The notes under the pieces are model-generated. The model had not been told where the DNA came from and searched no databases. It was given only the letters and a program-made list of their open reading frames with translations. Shown one piece after another: positions 1 to 9,757 of a stretch of 64,000 bases of DNA. Both the position numbers and the translations under genes were made by a program. This stretch comes from a virus, in IMG/VR virus record IMGVR_UViG_3300005573_000054, positions 32,001 to 96,000 of that record; one strand, written 5' to 3'. How positions within the stretch are numbered: position 1 is the stretch's first letter; every line of letters starts with the position of its first letter.

Positions 1-1
1 A

Positions 2-1237
2 CAGATCATTCGAAATCCTATTACTCTTTCACTTCTAGATTTTATGTATGATAAGAATGGTCAATTGATGGAAGATAAGTTTCTAATAGATGACTCAAAT
101 GATTACCTTGAAGTCATGAAAAAGCTCAATGATATGGAAGAGTATCTCAAAGAAAATTTTAACAAGAGAGATATTATACTTTCTGGAGCTCGTGGTGATT
201 TTTCTCAAGTTAGACAGATAAGTATGGCAAGAGGATTTGTGACCGATTTTAGGGGTCGAGTTGTTCAGACTCCTGTGAAAAGTTCGTATCTAAGAGGACT
301 CAAACCAGAGGAAACGTTTATATCTGCGAAGGGTACAAGAAAGGCTCTTATCGATACAATATCTTCGATAAGCAAGTCGGGATATATGTTTAGAAAACTT
401 GCTTTTACAGCATGTAATGCCTTATTGAATCTTAACATAGACGATTGTTCCTATAAGAAAGAACCGTCTTTTATAAAACTTGAAAATGTCGATGAAAAAC
501 TTGCAAGGGCACTTCTAAAACGATATTACACAGACGAAGACCCTAAGAAAAACAACGTCGTTCTTAAACAAGTAGTCAACCCCCAAGAAATCGTTGGTAA
601 AGACATCTGGTTAAGAAGTCCTCTTACCTGTAAGAGTATACAAAAAGGTATCTGTAGAACATGTTACCCTTTTAATCCATCCTCAAAATTTATTGGAATA
701 ATAGCCGCTCAAAGTATTTCAGAGAGAACAACTCAGCTAACTCTAAGAACTTTTCACACGGGAGGTGTAGCCAAGGATTTAAAAGGTACAGGTAAGTCAG
801 AAGACGTAACAAATACTCTTAGAGATGTTATTAAGTACTTCGATTCATCAAAAGTTTATAGAAGTGTAGATTCAGTCTTTAGTGATATGTTGACCATCTG
901 GAGACATTATTCGGAATTATCAAACATCCAACTAATTCATTTCGAAATCGTTACAATGGAAAGGTTATATGTGAGACTGAAAGATAGTAGTAATGGTCAG
1001 GTTACAGAAGTTTCGTGGAAACATTATCTTTCCTTGGAAAACAAGCCGGAAATTTCTTCGTTAGTCCTTTACTCAGTCAAGCAGATACCTACAAAGAAGA
1101 GTAAGACTCTTGGACTGTTGTTTGAGAATCCAGTCTTGGCCCTGAAAAACATTATTGTTGAACAGTTTCTAGAGAATAAGCTTAAACAGAACAAGTTGAC
1201 ACCACTTGATGGAATTTACTTGTTTTTGAGTCTTTAA
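2..1237 (+). CDS. Multisubunit RNA polymerase beta' subunit, C-terminal part (5'-truncated by the window)
   Basis: SGARG, bridge-helix-like GTRKALIDT..SGY, RSPLTC/GICRTCY Zn site, trigger loop GIIAAQSISERTTQLTLRTFHTGG; frame is open back to position 2. Confidence 0.92.
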   Translation, partial: QIIRNPITLSLLDFMYDKNGQLMEDKFLIDDSNDYLEVMKKLNDMEEYLKENFNKRDIILSGARGDFSQVRQISMARGFVTDFRGRVVQTPVKSSYLRGLKPEETFISAKGTRKALIDTISSISKSGYMFRKLAFTACNALLNLNIDDCSYKKEPSFIKLENVDEKLARALLKRYYTDEDPKKNNVVLKQVVNPQEIVGKDIWLRSPLTCKSIQKGICRTCYPFNPSSKFIGIIAAQSISERTTQLTLRTFHTGGVAKDLKGTGKSEDVTNTLRDVIKYFDSSKVYRSVDSVFSDMLTIWRHYSELSNIQLIHFEIVTMERLYVRLKDSSNGQVTEVSWKHYLSLENKPEISSLVLYSVKQIPTKKSKTLGLLFENPVLALKNIIVEQFLENKLKQNKLTPLDGIYLFLSL

Positions 1238-1256
1238 TCTCAAAAAGGAGGTTGTT

Positions 1257-2567
1257 ATGTTTACAGTGCTTCCTGAGCGTCCTATTAATACACCACAGTT
1301 CCTAAAGTATAAACCTGACAGATTGAAGGAGAAGATTATAAAAGCTTGTACATCTGTAGCTAGTTATTTAGGACTTGATTTTTCTTATAATGAGATAATG
1401 AAGCAAAATGACGTGATAAAAAATACTTACATCTCTGATTTCATTGTCTTATCGTTTAAAACTAAACAACAAGATGTAAACTTTACAGTAGAGTATGAAT
1501 TTCCTATACTAAAGAAGCTCAACAATGGAGCGTTCTTTATAAAAGGTTATGAATACTTTATTGTAAAATGTATTAGAGAAACTCTTTGGGATGATAAAAC
1601 AGTCTGTGTCCGAACAAGAATGATCGATCTTGATATCGATCTTTATGTGGATCGTAATCTTAATTTTGGGACAAGGTATAAGGGTGATTCACTTATAGAG
1701 TATCTTACTTATCTCTGTTCCAAGAGACCAGAGCTGTTCGAAAAACACAAGGATAAGCTTAAAGAAATGGGTATTAGAGAGCTTTATGATAAGAAGCAAA
1801 TTATAAAAATGGAGAAATCAGAGAATCTAAATTTTAATAATTCCGTTCTTGTTTGTAGTTTGAGCCTGTGTGATTATGTAAAAGAGTATTGTGAAGATAT
1901 AGTAGATCTTCTTATAAAAACTACGTCCGTGGCCTGTTCGAGCATCAAAATAACTAACTTAAAGCCATCGAAAGAGCTTGAGTCGTTAGAATATGACACT
2001 GAGTCTGGTGTAACCCTTAGACATAAAAAGATCGTCAATGAAGAAGAAATACTATATAACGCGGCAGTAAAGGATATCATCAAAGATATCCTTACGAAAC
2101 ACAGGAAGTTCACGAAAACTAAAAAAGAAGTAAGGTCGAGAGTAGAACTCGATCCATCCGTTTACATGTACAATTATATTCAGCTTGAACAATTTCTTTC
2201 TCCGACAGCTTTCACTGCAAATAAAAACAAAGTTACAATATTAACTTCGAATGGAGCCCAACATTCGTCTTCTGTTCACACAGGTGGAACTCAAACAAGC
2301 TACACAGCAAAAGAGCTTGATGAATTTTACAGGGATATTCATTCGTCACAGATTTTTTATCTAGATCCAATCACTACTCCAGATAAAGATAAGACTGGTA
2401 TCAACTTGTGGCCTTCCGTTGATATACAACTTGATTCGTACGGAAGGTTTAAAGGAGTACTCAATGAGGAATACAAACATCTTTCAAGAGTTTTTGAAAG
2501 TGGTTTCGAGAATTTACTAAGAATCATTAGACAACGAGAAAAAGGAGGTACAATAAATGGGGATTAA
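1257..2567 (+). CDS. RNA polymerase beta subunit, N-terminal half (split beta)
   Basis: GAFFIKGYEYFIV (cf. GTFIINGTERVIV) and RDIHSSQIFYLDPITTPDKDKTG (cf. [23 protein letters not shown]); AAAAAGGAGG RBS. Confidence 0.8.
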   Translation: MFTVLPERPINTPQFLKYKPDRLKEKIIKACTSVASYLGLDFSYNEIMKQNDVIKNTYISDFIVLSFKTKQQDVNFTVEYEFPILKKLNNGAFFIKGYEYFIVKCIRETLWDDKTVCVRTRMIDLDIDLYVDRNLNFGTRYKGDSLIEYLTYLCSKRPELFEKHKDKLKEMGIRELYDKKQIIKMEKSENLNFNNSVLVCSLSLCDYVKEYCEDIVDLLIKTTSVACSSIKITNLKPSKELESLEYDTESGVTLRHKKIVNEEEILYNAAVKDIIKDILTKHRKFTKTKKEVRSRVELDPSVYMYNYIQLEQFLSPTAFTANKNKVTILTSNGAQHSSSVHTGGTQTSYTAKELDEFYRDIHSSQIFYLDPITTPDKDKTGINLWPSVDIQLDSYGRFKGVLNEEYKHLSRVFESGFENLLRIIRQREKGGTINGD

Positions 2568-4491
2568 TCCATTAACTTTACATCTATCTTTAACACCGTT
2601 CGCCAACTTTAATGATGGGAATAGGCTACAGATGTCAGCCTCTCAGTTAAGACAACAACTTTCCCTTAACAAACCCGAAATCCCTTGGGTTGTTACGGGA
2701 TACGAGAAAGCTATTCTTGATTCGTATAGACTCATGAAAAGTGGAACAGTTAAGTTTATACATGATTCATTCATAATCTTAGAAACAGACACAGGGGAAT
2801 GGGAGTTTATCAAGCTATCGCCTCATGAAGAGGCTTTCTGTGAGGTGGGTCAACATGTAGAAGAAGACGATATTATAGTTGTTCCTCGAGGATTTACCGC
2901 CTGGGGAGACGTTGAAAAAGTAGTTGCTTTTGGTATCAACGTGTATACAAGTATTATGAGTCATCCACTTGCTTACGAGGATGGATATGTCATTTCATCT
3001 CATGTTACCCCAAGATTTTCAAGTTTTAAAGTCAGAGAAGAAATAATAATCCTAAAAGACAATGAGTTTATAGTCCCTTCTCATAAAAACGGTTTTTGGC
3101 TTCCACAGCCTGATAGCGTTTTTCCTAAATTTTCTAAAGTTTTGGAGATTATAGATTTATCGCTTAGAAAGAGAAAAGTAGTGTTCGAGACTGATATCCA
3201 GATCATCTATAGTGATATAATCCCTAATAAGAAGATCAACCCTGATCTTCCTGGTCCATTTAGAGGTTTTCTTGCAAGGAAGCTTAAAGAAAAAGAAGAT
3301 ATCGTTGAGTTTTTGAGGAATAAAGGAGTTGATGAGAAAACCCTGTTTGATGTGTCGTGTGTTCTGGGATTACAGGGTGATTTGGCAGATAAACAGAAGG
3401 ATTGGTCGGCAGTAATCAAGATAGTTTGCAAAGAAAAACATGATAACATCTCCATCGGGGATAAGATTACGAATAGACATGCAGGAAAAGGTGTGGTTTC
3501 TCTGATATGCGAAGAGGATACGATGCCCATCTGTTATCCCGATTTTCAGAGGACTGAGGTCATCTTAAATCCTATGAGCATTATCAGTAGAATGAACGTT
3601 GGAACATTTTATGAACTTATTACGTCACGAATAATATATTATTTCAACAAAAAGATCTCGAAATTAGTAAAGAGTGGAAACATAGAACAACTCTTTCAAG
3701 AATTAATTACATTCTACAGTACAATTGATTACTCCGACTCTAAATTTATTTCAAAATATATTATGAACGTAATTGAAGACCTTAGAGAATCAGCTCAAAA
3801 GAGACCGTCTGAAACTGAAGAATTTCTAAAAAGAACTTGGTGGCCATTCGTTGCCCCACCTTATGAGTGCCCTCCACTAGAGATAATTGAAAACTTGGCT
3901 TTCAAGTACATTCCAAATTGTTATTTTGTCGAAGAGTTTATCGAGACACCTAACAAGAGTGATTTTAACGTGTATTCACTTTCTGCTTCTAAGCGAGAAG
4001 TAGAAGTAAATATCGAGTATATCAAAGATATATTTTCTCTGAGCGAGGAGAATATACTTGAGAAGTATCATGTGAGGAAAACGCATCCTTTTATCGAGAT
4101 CTGTAGGAATCCCAAGACAGGAACGTTTCATTTCTTAAATAGTGGCTGGCTTTATTATATGAAACTTGTCCATCTTGCCGAGTATAAGATCTCCGCTAGA
4201 TCCGTGGGGAAACTATCAAGTAAGTACTTGCAACCCAAGAGGGAGTTCAAAGACACTGGTCAGCGCGTCGGAGAGATGGAAACTCTCTGCTTGATCTCTT
4301 ATGATTCTTTGCCGTTGTTGTATGATATCCTTACGAAGCAGAGTGATGATTTCGTCGGAAAGATGGGATTGATCTTTAACACGCTTTTTGACTCGAATAC
4401 AAAGCATCTTAAGGGAACTACAGCTACTCTTGAGTTGATCCAGTCGTATTTAAATGTGTTTGACCCGTCTCTTAAATCTATTTTGCCATAG
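2557..4491 (+). CDS. RNA polymerase beta subunit, C-terminal half
   Basis: PFANFNDGNRLQMSASQLRQ, YEDG, GDKITNRHAGKGVVS, LNPMSIISRMNVG, YMKLVH..KISARS, GQRVGEME. Confidence 0.95.
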   Translation: MGINPLTLHLSLTPFANFNDGNRLQMSASQLRQQLSLNKPEIPWVVTGYEKAILDSYRLMKSGTVKFIHDSFIILETDTGEWEFIKLSPHEEAFCEVGQHVEEDDIIVVPRGFTAWGDVEKVVAFGINVYTSIMSHPLAYEDGYVISSHVTPRFSSFKVREEIIILKDNEFIVPSHKNGFWLPQPDSVFPKFSKVLEIIDLSLRKRKVVFETDIQIIYSDIIPNKKINPDLPGPFRGFLARKLKEKEDIVEFLRNKGVDEKTLFDVSCVLGLQGDLADKQKDWSAVIKIVCKEKHDNISIGDKITNRHAGKGVVSLICEEDTMPICYPDFQRTEVILNPMSIISRMNVGTFYELITSRIIYYFNKKISKLVKSGNIEQLFQELITFYSTIDYSDSKFISKYIMNVIEDLRESAQKRPSETEEFLKRTWWPFVAPPYECPPLEIIENLAFKYIPNCYFVEEFIETPNKSDFNVYSLSASKREVEVNIEYIKDIFSLSEENILEKYHVRKTHPFIEICRNPKTGTFHFLNSGWLYYMKLVHLAEYKISARSVGKLSSKYLQPKREFKDTGQRVGEMETLCLISYDSLPLLYDILTKQSDDFVGKMGLIFNTLFDSNTKHLKGTTATLELIQSYLNVFDPSLKSILP

Positions 4492-4500
4492 GAGGATGAA

Positions 4501-5166
4501 ATGGATAAGAAAAGTCGTATCGAGAAGCTGTTCTGTGATATTTTTGATGTTATCTTTGAAGGTTCGGGAGAAAACTGGAGAGATGATCAGCACCTAGTTG
4601 AGACTCCAAGTAGGTTGTCTAAGATGTTTCTAGATGAGATCTTCATGAGGGTTTCGGGAACTGTAAATGAAACTCGGAATTCGAAGACGTTGTTCGATAA
4701 CAGAAGTAAGAATACAGTTGTTGAAGTGAAGAATCTTGTTGTGAAGGCATTCTGTGCTCATCATCTTGCTCCTTTTGTTGGTCATGCACGTGTCAGGTAC
4801 CTCCCTAAAAACTGGATTTTAGGGCTTTCCAAATTTCAAAGACTTCTCTCTGATCAGTGTGGAAGACCTTCCGTTCAAGAAGAGCTTACGTATAACTTTG
4901 CGAGGTCGCTTATAGAGTTGCTTGATCCTATCTTTCTTAATGTTAAGATGGCTTGTGTACATACGTGCATGGTCTCAAGGGGAGTGAAGCTTGACCAAGC
5001 TGTTACTGTTACAGAGTTTGATTACAATGAGAGTAGAGGGCTTCGATTCCTGCTAAACGAGGCCGATATTACTGAAGTTTACCCTCGTTTAGGTGAGACG
5101 ATGGAGAAAGAGATCTATGAGATTATGGAAAATCTCAAAACTGATTCAAGTAGGAGAACAAGTTAG
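4501..5166 (+). CDS. folE: GTP cyclohydrolase I (first step of 7-deazaguanine or folate synthesis)
   Basis: ETPSRL, FCAHHLAPF, GLSKF.R, VQEELT, HTCMVSRGV motifs. Confidence 0.92.
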   Translation: MDKKSRIEKLFCDIFDVIFEGSGENWRDDQHLVETPSRLSKMFLDEIFMRVSGTVNETRNSKTLFDNRSKNTVVEVKNLVVKAFCAHHLAPFVGHARVRYLPKNWILGLSKFQRLLSDQCGRPSVQEELTYNFARSLIELLDPIFLNVKMACVHTCMVSRGVKLDQAVTVTEFDYNESRGLRFLLNEADITEVYPRLGETMEKEIYEIMENLKTDSSRRTS

Positions 5167-5656
5167 TGGTGATGTAGTTTTCCCTAGCTTCTGGACAGAT
5201 TTTCGGAAGAGATTTCAACATCTTTCCATAAGTGAACCTTCTTTAGGATTCGAGTTCCTCCCATCTAGTCTGGTGAGCACTGTTGAGTGTGAGCCAGTGC
5301 TTGAGGCGAGGAATGGTATGGAACTCGTGAAAGTGAAGGGGAGTACCGAGAAAGAAGTATTCGTGTTTGCGTGGGGGTTCATCTTTGTGACGACGTTGAA
5401 GGGAGGAGGTATCTACAGGAGCATCCCTGTAGATCTGTTGAAGCTGATTGTCGATGCGAGAAGGGGTAGTGTGTCTGTGACCTCCGCTGTTCAGAAGTGT
5501 TTGGCTTATCTGAGGGAAGACGTAGTGGAGACGCCTTGGAAGGTCGATCACGTTCTAACGAGAGAGGGAGAGCTTGTGAGACCCGTCTTTCTCGAGAGAC
5601 GTGACCTCTGTGATGAATTCTACTACTCTCTTGTAGTCTGGAGCATTGTAGTGTGA
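5117..5656 (+). CDS. Hypothetical protein
   Basis: ~180-aa ORF overlapping the end of folE; start chosen at ATG 5117; no motif recognised. Confidence 0.6.
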   Translation: MRLWKISKLIQVGEQVSGDVVFPSFWTDFRKRFQHLSISEPSLGFEFLPSSLVSTVECEPVLEARNGMELVKVKGSTEKEVFVFAWGFIFVTTLKGGGIYRSIPVDLLKLIVDARRGSVSVTSAVQKCLAYLREDVVETPWKVDHVLTREGELVRPVFLERRDLCDEFYYSLVVWSIVV

Positions 5657-5676
5657 ACTGTGAGAAGTGACGTCTG

Positions 5677-5688
5677 GATATATATAAT
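5677..5688 (+). promoter_or_regulatory. Putative promoter element GATATATATAAT
   Basis: The identical 12-mer occurs at 60590-60601; both copies lie just 5' of a GC-rich structured element and contain TATAAT. Confidence 0.5.
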
Positions 5689-5698
5689 GATAGAAGTC

Positions 5699-5753
5699 CG
5701 GCTGGCCGGAGGAGGTAAAGGGGGCGCCTCCTCCGTGCCGATAACAAGCCCCC
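5699..5753 (+). promoter_or_regulatory. Putative H-type pseudoknot 5' leader
   Basis: Stem 5707-5716/5726-5735; 9-nt loop AAAGGGGGC whose GGGGGC complements GCCCCC 5748-5753; RBS follows. Confidence 0.55.
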
Positions 5754-5770
5754 ACAAGTGAGGAGAGGCC

Positions 5771-6070
5771 ATGGAAGGAAAAAAGAGGAGAATTGAACTC
5801 CGGGGGTTAAAGGCCACACTTTTAAGAAGCATTATTGACACCACTGGAGTCAAATTGACTCCAGTGGAAGAAACAGCATCCGACTGGCCCGTATTATCAG
5901 TTACCGGTGGTTACGTCGAGCTGCGTCCGGGAGCTGTCTTAAACTTAAAGAAACCAGCAGTAAGGATGAATTTATTCTACATACAGGGTCTGGGACCAGT
6001 AGATCTTGTCCCGGATACGCACGATCCCCTTAGGGCTAAAATCATCAGGCGTTGGAAATTTAGATTCTAA
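5771..6070 (+). CDS. Hypothetical protein (99 aa)
   Basis: GAGGAG RBS, flanked by a structured leader and a terminator. Confidence 0.7.
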   Translation: MEGKKRRIELRGLKATLLRSIIDTTGVKLTPVEETASDWPVLSVTGGYVELRPGAVLNLKKPAVRMNLFYIQGLGPVDLVPDTHDPLRAKIIRRWKFRF

Positions 6071-6091
6071 TTTCCGCGTCTGACCTCGCAC

Positions 6092-6127
6092 GCCCCTCCC
6101 GAGCCGGACGGGAGGGGCACTTTTTTT
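6092..6127 (+). terminator. Intrinsic terminator
   Basis: 10-bp GC stem GCCCCTCCCG/CGGGAGGGGC followed by T7. Confidence 0.85.
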
Positions 6128-6131
6128 AAAA

Positions 6132-6181
6132 ACCCTATAGAGTAGCGGGGGGATGCTCTATAGGGTAATGATAAACCCCTT
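6132..6181 (+). promoter_or_regulatory. Hairpin/pseudoknot leader of the MoxR operon
   Basis: 13-bp stem 6132-6144/6154-6166; 9-nt loop GCGGGGGGA complementary to CCCCTT 6176-6181. Confidence 0.5.
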
Positions 6182-6200
6182 AAACCAAAAGGAGGTTGTC

Positions 6201-7202
6201 ATGCTTATAGTAAAAGACTTGTTTCAAGTCCTCCAAGAAGTTCTCCAAGATGTAGACAAGCTTCTCATAAGTGGATCTCCAGGAATCGGCAAGTCAGAAA
6301 TTATCTATCAAGTGTGTAACAAGTTGAATCTCAAGGTATACGAAACAAGACTATATGAACAAGGGGAGTCGGCAGCAGGGCTCCCGAGAAGTCAAGACGG
6401 TATAACAAGATTTGACAAGCCATTCTGGCTAGATGAGCTGATCAAGGGTGGATATCAAGTTCTGTTTCTAGATGACTTCCATCTAGTCCCATCACAAGTA
6501 CAGCGTTTTCTTTACAAGCTCCTCACACACAAGGAACTTCACGATTACAAGGTACCCCAAGATCTCAAAGTGATTCTAGCAGGAAACTTCAAGATTGATT
6601 CTGCAGACTCAAGTGAAGTCCAGTCACCGATTATGTCAAGACTCCATCTAGCTATCGAATACGAGCCCGATCCAGAGGTATTCCTCAAGTTTGCAAGATC
6701 TCAACAAGACAGATTTGATTCAAGAGTCATTGCGTTTATTCAAGCAAATCCAGATTTGCTTTATACCAAGGAGCCTCCAACAAGTGAAATGTTCCCGTGT
6801 CCGAGGACATGGGAATACGCTTCAAGACTGCTGTCCAAGACTAATGATCCAAGGTTCCTTCTAGGTGTTGTAGGCACAAGAGCAGGATCAATCTTTCAAG
6901 AATTCTGGAATTTACTGAATCAAGATTTTAACACGATAGTCAAGACAGTGTCATATAAGTCAAGTATTAAAGATCAAGTTATAGCAAGCTTAATTTCTGC
7001 TCAAGAGTATTGTAAAGAACAAGATGTGTCAAGAAAGTCCAACATCTTCAAGTACGTTGAACAGTTCAAGGACGAGATCAAGTTCTTATTCGCAAGAAGG
7101 TGTTTTGAGGTCAAGGAGATGGAGTTCATACAAGAACTTAAAGTCAAGAGTCCAGATATATACAAGACTATCATAGAACTAGGTAAGGAGCTTACAAGAT
7201 GA
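6201..7202 (+). CDS. MoxR-like (AAA_5-type) AAA+ ATPase
   Basis: Walker A GSPGIGKS, Walker B LFLDD, ILAGN, SR arginine finger, CPRTWE; RBS AAAAGGAGG before ATG 6201. Confidence 0.9.
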   Translation: MLIVKDLFQVLQEVLQDVDKLLISGSPGIGKSEIIYQVCNKLNLKVYETRLYEQGESAAGLPRSQDGITRFDKPFWLDELIKGGYQVLFLDDFHLVPSQVQRFLYKLLTHKELHDYKVPQDLKVILAGNFKIDSADSSEVQSPIMSRLHLAIEYEPDPEVFLKFARSQQDRFDSRVIAFIQANPDLLYTKEPPTSEMFPCPRTWEYASRLLSKTNDPRFLLGVVGTRAGSIFQEFWNLLNQDFNTIVKTVSYKSSIKDQVIASLISAQEYCKEQDVSRKSNIFKYVEQFKDEIKFLFARRCFEVKEMEFIQELKVKSPDIYKTIIELGKELTR

Positions 7203-8479
7203 ATACAAGTACGCTTAGTGAAGACAAGTTGATAAGTGTACTCAAGGTACAGGCATTCAAGTACACTTCAATGAATAGAATTCTAGAATATGAAATCAAG
7301 TTGGAAGATCTGAAACAAGTGGCCCCGCAAATTGCGGGGTATATTGACGACAAGCACAAGATTGTTATTGACAAGAGTTTAACAAGGGATGAACAAGTAG
7401 CAGTATTAATACACGAGGCATTACACGATGTTCTAGATCACATCAAGAGAGGTATGCGTCTAGAAGTATTCAACCAGCAACGAGATCAAGCTTTATGGAA
7501 TCTAGCGACAGACTACGTGATTAACAAGATAATATTAAGTTTAAACCTCAAGAAACATCCAGAAATACTTAAGAATGTGATACAAGTAGTTGACAAGTTT
7601 AGACCTGATCCAGAAAGCGATACAAGCGCAGAAGCCTTGTATAGGCTTCTCAAGAACAAGACCGAAGTCCAAGTGGAGAAACTAGAAGTTCAAATTCCAG
7701 GACAGAATCAAGGTCAAGGAGAACCAGATTCAATCGAGATTGTCAAGACAAGCGTAATTAACAAGGAAACAGGAGAAGTATTACAAGAGTCAGTACAAGT
7801 CCTCATCAGCAAGGAAGAAGCACAAGAGAGAAGCGAAAATCAACAAGAGGGAAAACAAGTGGATATCTTCAAGCTTCAAGAAAGTTTGAAACAAGCGGGG
7901 AACTCGTCTTCCCAGATGCTTCAAGAAATCACAGCAGCAAAATCAAGACTTAGTCTCAAGAATGAGTTGTCAAGTTATTTCGACAACCTCAAAACTCAAG
8001 GTCTTGATATAAGTTTCTTCGCAAGATCACCAAGAAGTACCGTTATCTCCTCAAGTTGTGGGTATAATGTTCCAGCATACGTCAATCCAAGGACGAAGAT
8101 TCTAGTTGCAATTGATTCAAGTGGATCAATAAGCAACAAGGAGTACTCGGAGTTTCTAGGGGTTTTAAGGAGAAACCTCAAGTACATTTATGGAAAACTA
8201 GTGTTATTCGACACAGAAGCTCAAGTTTATGATTTAGATTCAAGAGCAGTAGAAACACTAGAAAGAAAAGGGACTTTCAAGAGGGTTTTCTGTGGAGGCA
8301 CAAGTTTACGAGAGACCTTTAAGATTATTGAACAAGAGAAATTCAAACTAGCAATTATCATGACGGATCTAGAAGTTACTATTCCAGAGAAACCTAAGAA
8401 GCTTTCCAAGGTGTTGTGGATCGTCCCGTCGATTGACGGGACAAAGTTGCCAAGTTATGGAAAGGTTATTCAAGTGTAA
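7199..8479 (+). CDS. HExxH metallopeptidase-like plus vWA domain protein (DUF2201-like), MoxR partner
   Basis: HEALH, WNLATDYVIN, MIDAS DSSGS, GGTS, MTD; ATGA overlap with the ATPase gene. Confidence 0.9.
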   Translation: MNTSTLSEDKLISVLKVQAFKYTSMNRILEYEIKLEDLKQVAPQIAGYIDDKHKIVIDKSLTRDEQVAVLIHEALHDVLDHIKRGMRLEVFNQQRDQALWNLATDYVINKIILSLNLKKHPEILKNVIQVVDKFRPDPESDTSAEALYRLLKNKTEVQVEKLEVQIPGQNQGQGEPDSIEIVKTSVINKETGEVLQESVQVLISKEEAQERSENQQEGKQVDIFKLQESLKQAGNSSSQMLQEITAAKSRLSLKNELSSYFDNLKTQGLDISFFARSPRSTVISSSCGYNVPAYVNPRTKILVAIDSSGSISNKEYSEFLGVLRRNLKYIYGKLVLFDTEAQVYDLDSRAVETLERKGTFKRVFCGGTSLRETFKIIEQEKFKLAIIMTDLEVTIPEKPKKLSKVLWIVPSIDGTKLPSYGKVIQV

Positions 8480-8506
8480 TAAGAAAATAAAGAAAGGAGG
8501 TAGGAA

Positions 8507-9748
8507 ATGAAAACGCCTACCTTCGAACAAGTAGTTGCTCAAGTACATGAAGGCAAGTTCTTTGAAGACAAGGAAATTCTTATGTTGAGAGACCAGTATG
8601 AAACAAGTATAGCTCACGAACAAGCTAGACAAGGTTGGACAACGAACGACAAGGAAATTCTCATGTTACAAGACAGAGTGGGGCGATCAGTCGCCCATAT
8701 TCAAGCAGAACGAGGTTGGACAACTGAAGACAAGGAAATTCTCGCGTTACAAGATGTAACAGGGCGAACAGTCGCCCACGAACAAGCTAGACAAGGTTGG
8801 ACAACCGAAGACAAGGAAATACTCGAGTTTGAAGATAATGGGAGACGAACAGTCGCCCATACTCAAGCAGAACGAGGTTGGATCACAGAAGACAAGAAGA
8901 TTCTCAAGCTTTACGACAGAAGTGGTACAAGTGTGGCTCACACTCAAGCTAGACAAGGATGGATTACTGAAGACAAGGAGATACTCGAGTTGAAAAACAC
9001 AAGCGGGTGGACAGTTGTCCACGAACAAGCAGAACAAGGGTGGACAACGGAAGACAAGGAGATGCTCAAGCTGAAGGATTACTATGGGCGATCAGTCGCC
9101 CATATTCAAGCTAAACGAGGGTGGACAACCGAAGACAAGGAAATACTCAAGTTGAAAGATAAGTATGGTACAAGTGTGGCTCATATTCAAGCAGAACGAG
9201 GCTGGATTATAGAAGACAAGGAAATACTCAAGTTAGAGAACAATCATGGTACAAGTGTGGCTCATATTCAAGCAGAACGAGGTTGGATAACAGAAGATCC
9301 AGAAATTCTCAAGCTTCACGATAAGAGTGGTACAAGTGTAGCTCATATTCAAGCAAAACAAGGATGGACTACTGAAGACAAGGAAATACTCAAGTTGAAA
9401 GATACAAGTGGGTGGAGTGTTGCCCACCAACAAGCAGATCAAGGATGGTCAACAGAAGACAAGGAAATCCTCAAGTTGGACAACGACCATGGTACAAGTG
9501 TAGCTCATATTCAAGCAGAACGAGGTTGGGTGTTTGAAGATCCAGAGATTCTAGTTTTGATCATTCGAGGCGGCTTGACGGTCGCCGAAGTTCAAGCACG
9601 TTATTCAGGTTGGACTCCAGGGGAAGAAGTCAAGGAAAAGTTCATACAAGAACTTCGGAAAAACTTTCCAGAAGAGAGAGTACAAGAAATACTTTACAAT
9701 GTTGATAATCTAGCGAAAGAATACTTCAAGAAAATCCTATCGAAATAG
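8507..9748 (+). CDS. 27-aa ankyrin-like repeat protein 1 (12 internal repeats)
   Basis: Repeat xDxxGx[TS]VAHxQAxxGWTTEDKEILKL with N-cap TFEQVVAQV.EGKFFED and a helical C-cap. Confidence 0.9.
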   Translation: MKTPTFEQVVAQVHEGKFFEDKEILMLRDQYETSIAHEQARQGWTTNDKEILMLQDRVGRSVAHIQAERGWTTEDKEILALQDVTGRTVAHEQARQGWTTEDKEILEFEDNGRRTVAHTQAERGWITEDKKILKLYDRSGTSVAHTQARQGWITEDKEILELKNTSGWTVVHEQAEQGWTTEDKEMLKLKDYYGRSVAHIQAKRGWTTEDKEILKLKDKYGTSVAHIQAERGWIIEDKEILKLENNHGTSVAHIQAERGWITEDPEILKLHDKSGTSVAHIQAKQGWTTEDKEILKLKDTSGWSVAHQQADQGWSTEDKEILKLDNDHGTSVAHIQAERGWVFEDPEILVLIIRGGLTVAEVQARYSGWTPGEEVKEKFIQELRKNFPEERVQEILYNVDNLAKEYFKKILSK

Positions 9749-9757
9749 GAGGTGAGA

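Noticed and set aside
5699-5760. Known riboswitch or ribozyme (guanidine-III, pistol, twister, preQ1)
   Set aside because: Only short superficial matches; the conserved cores could not be placed
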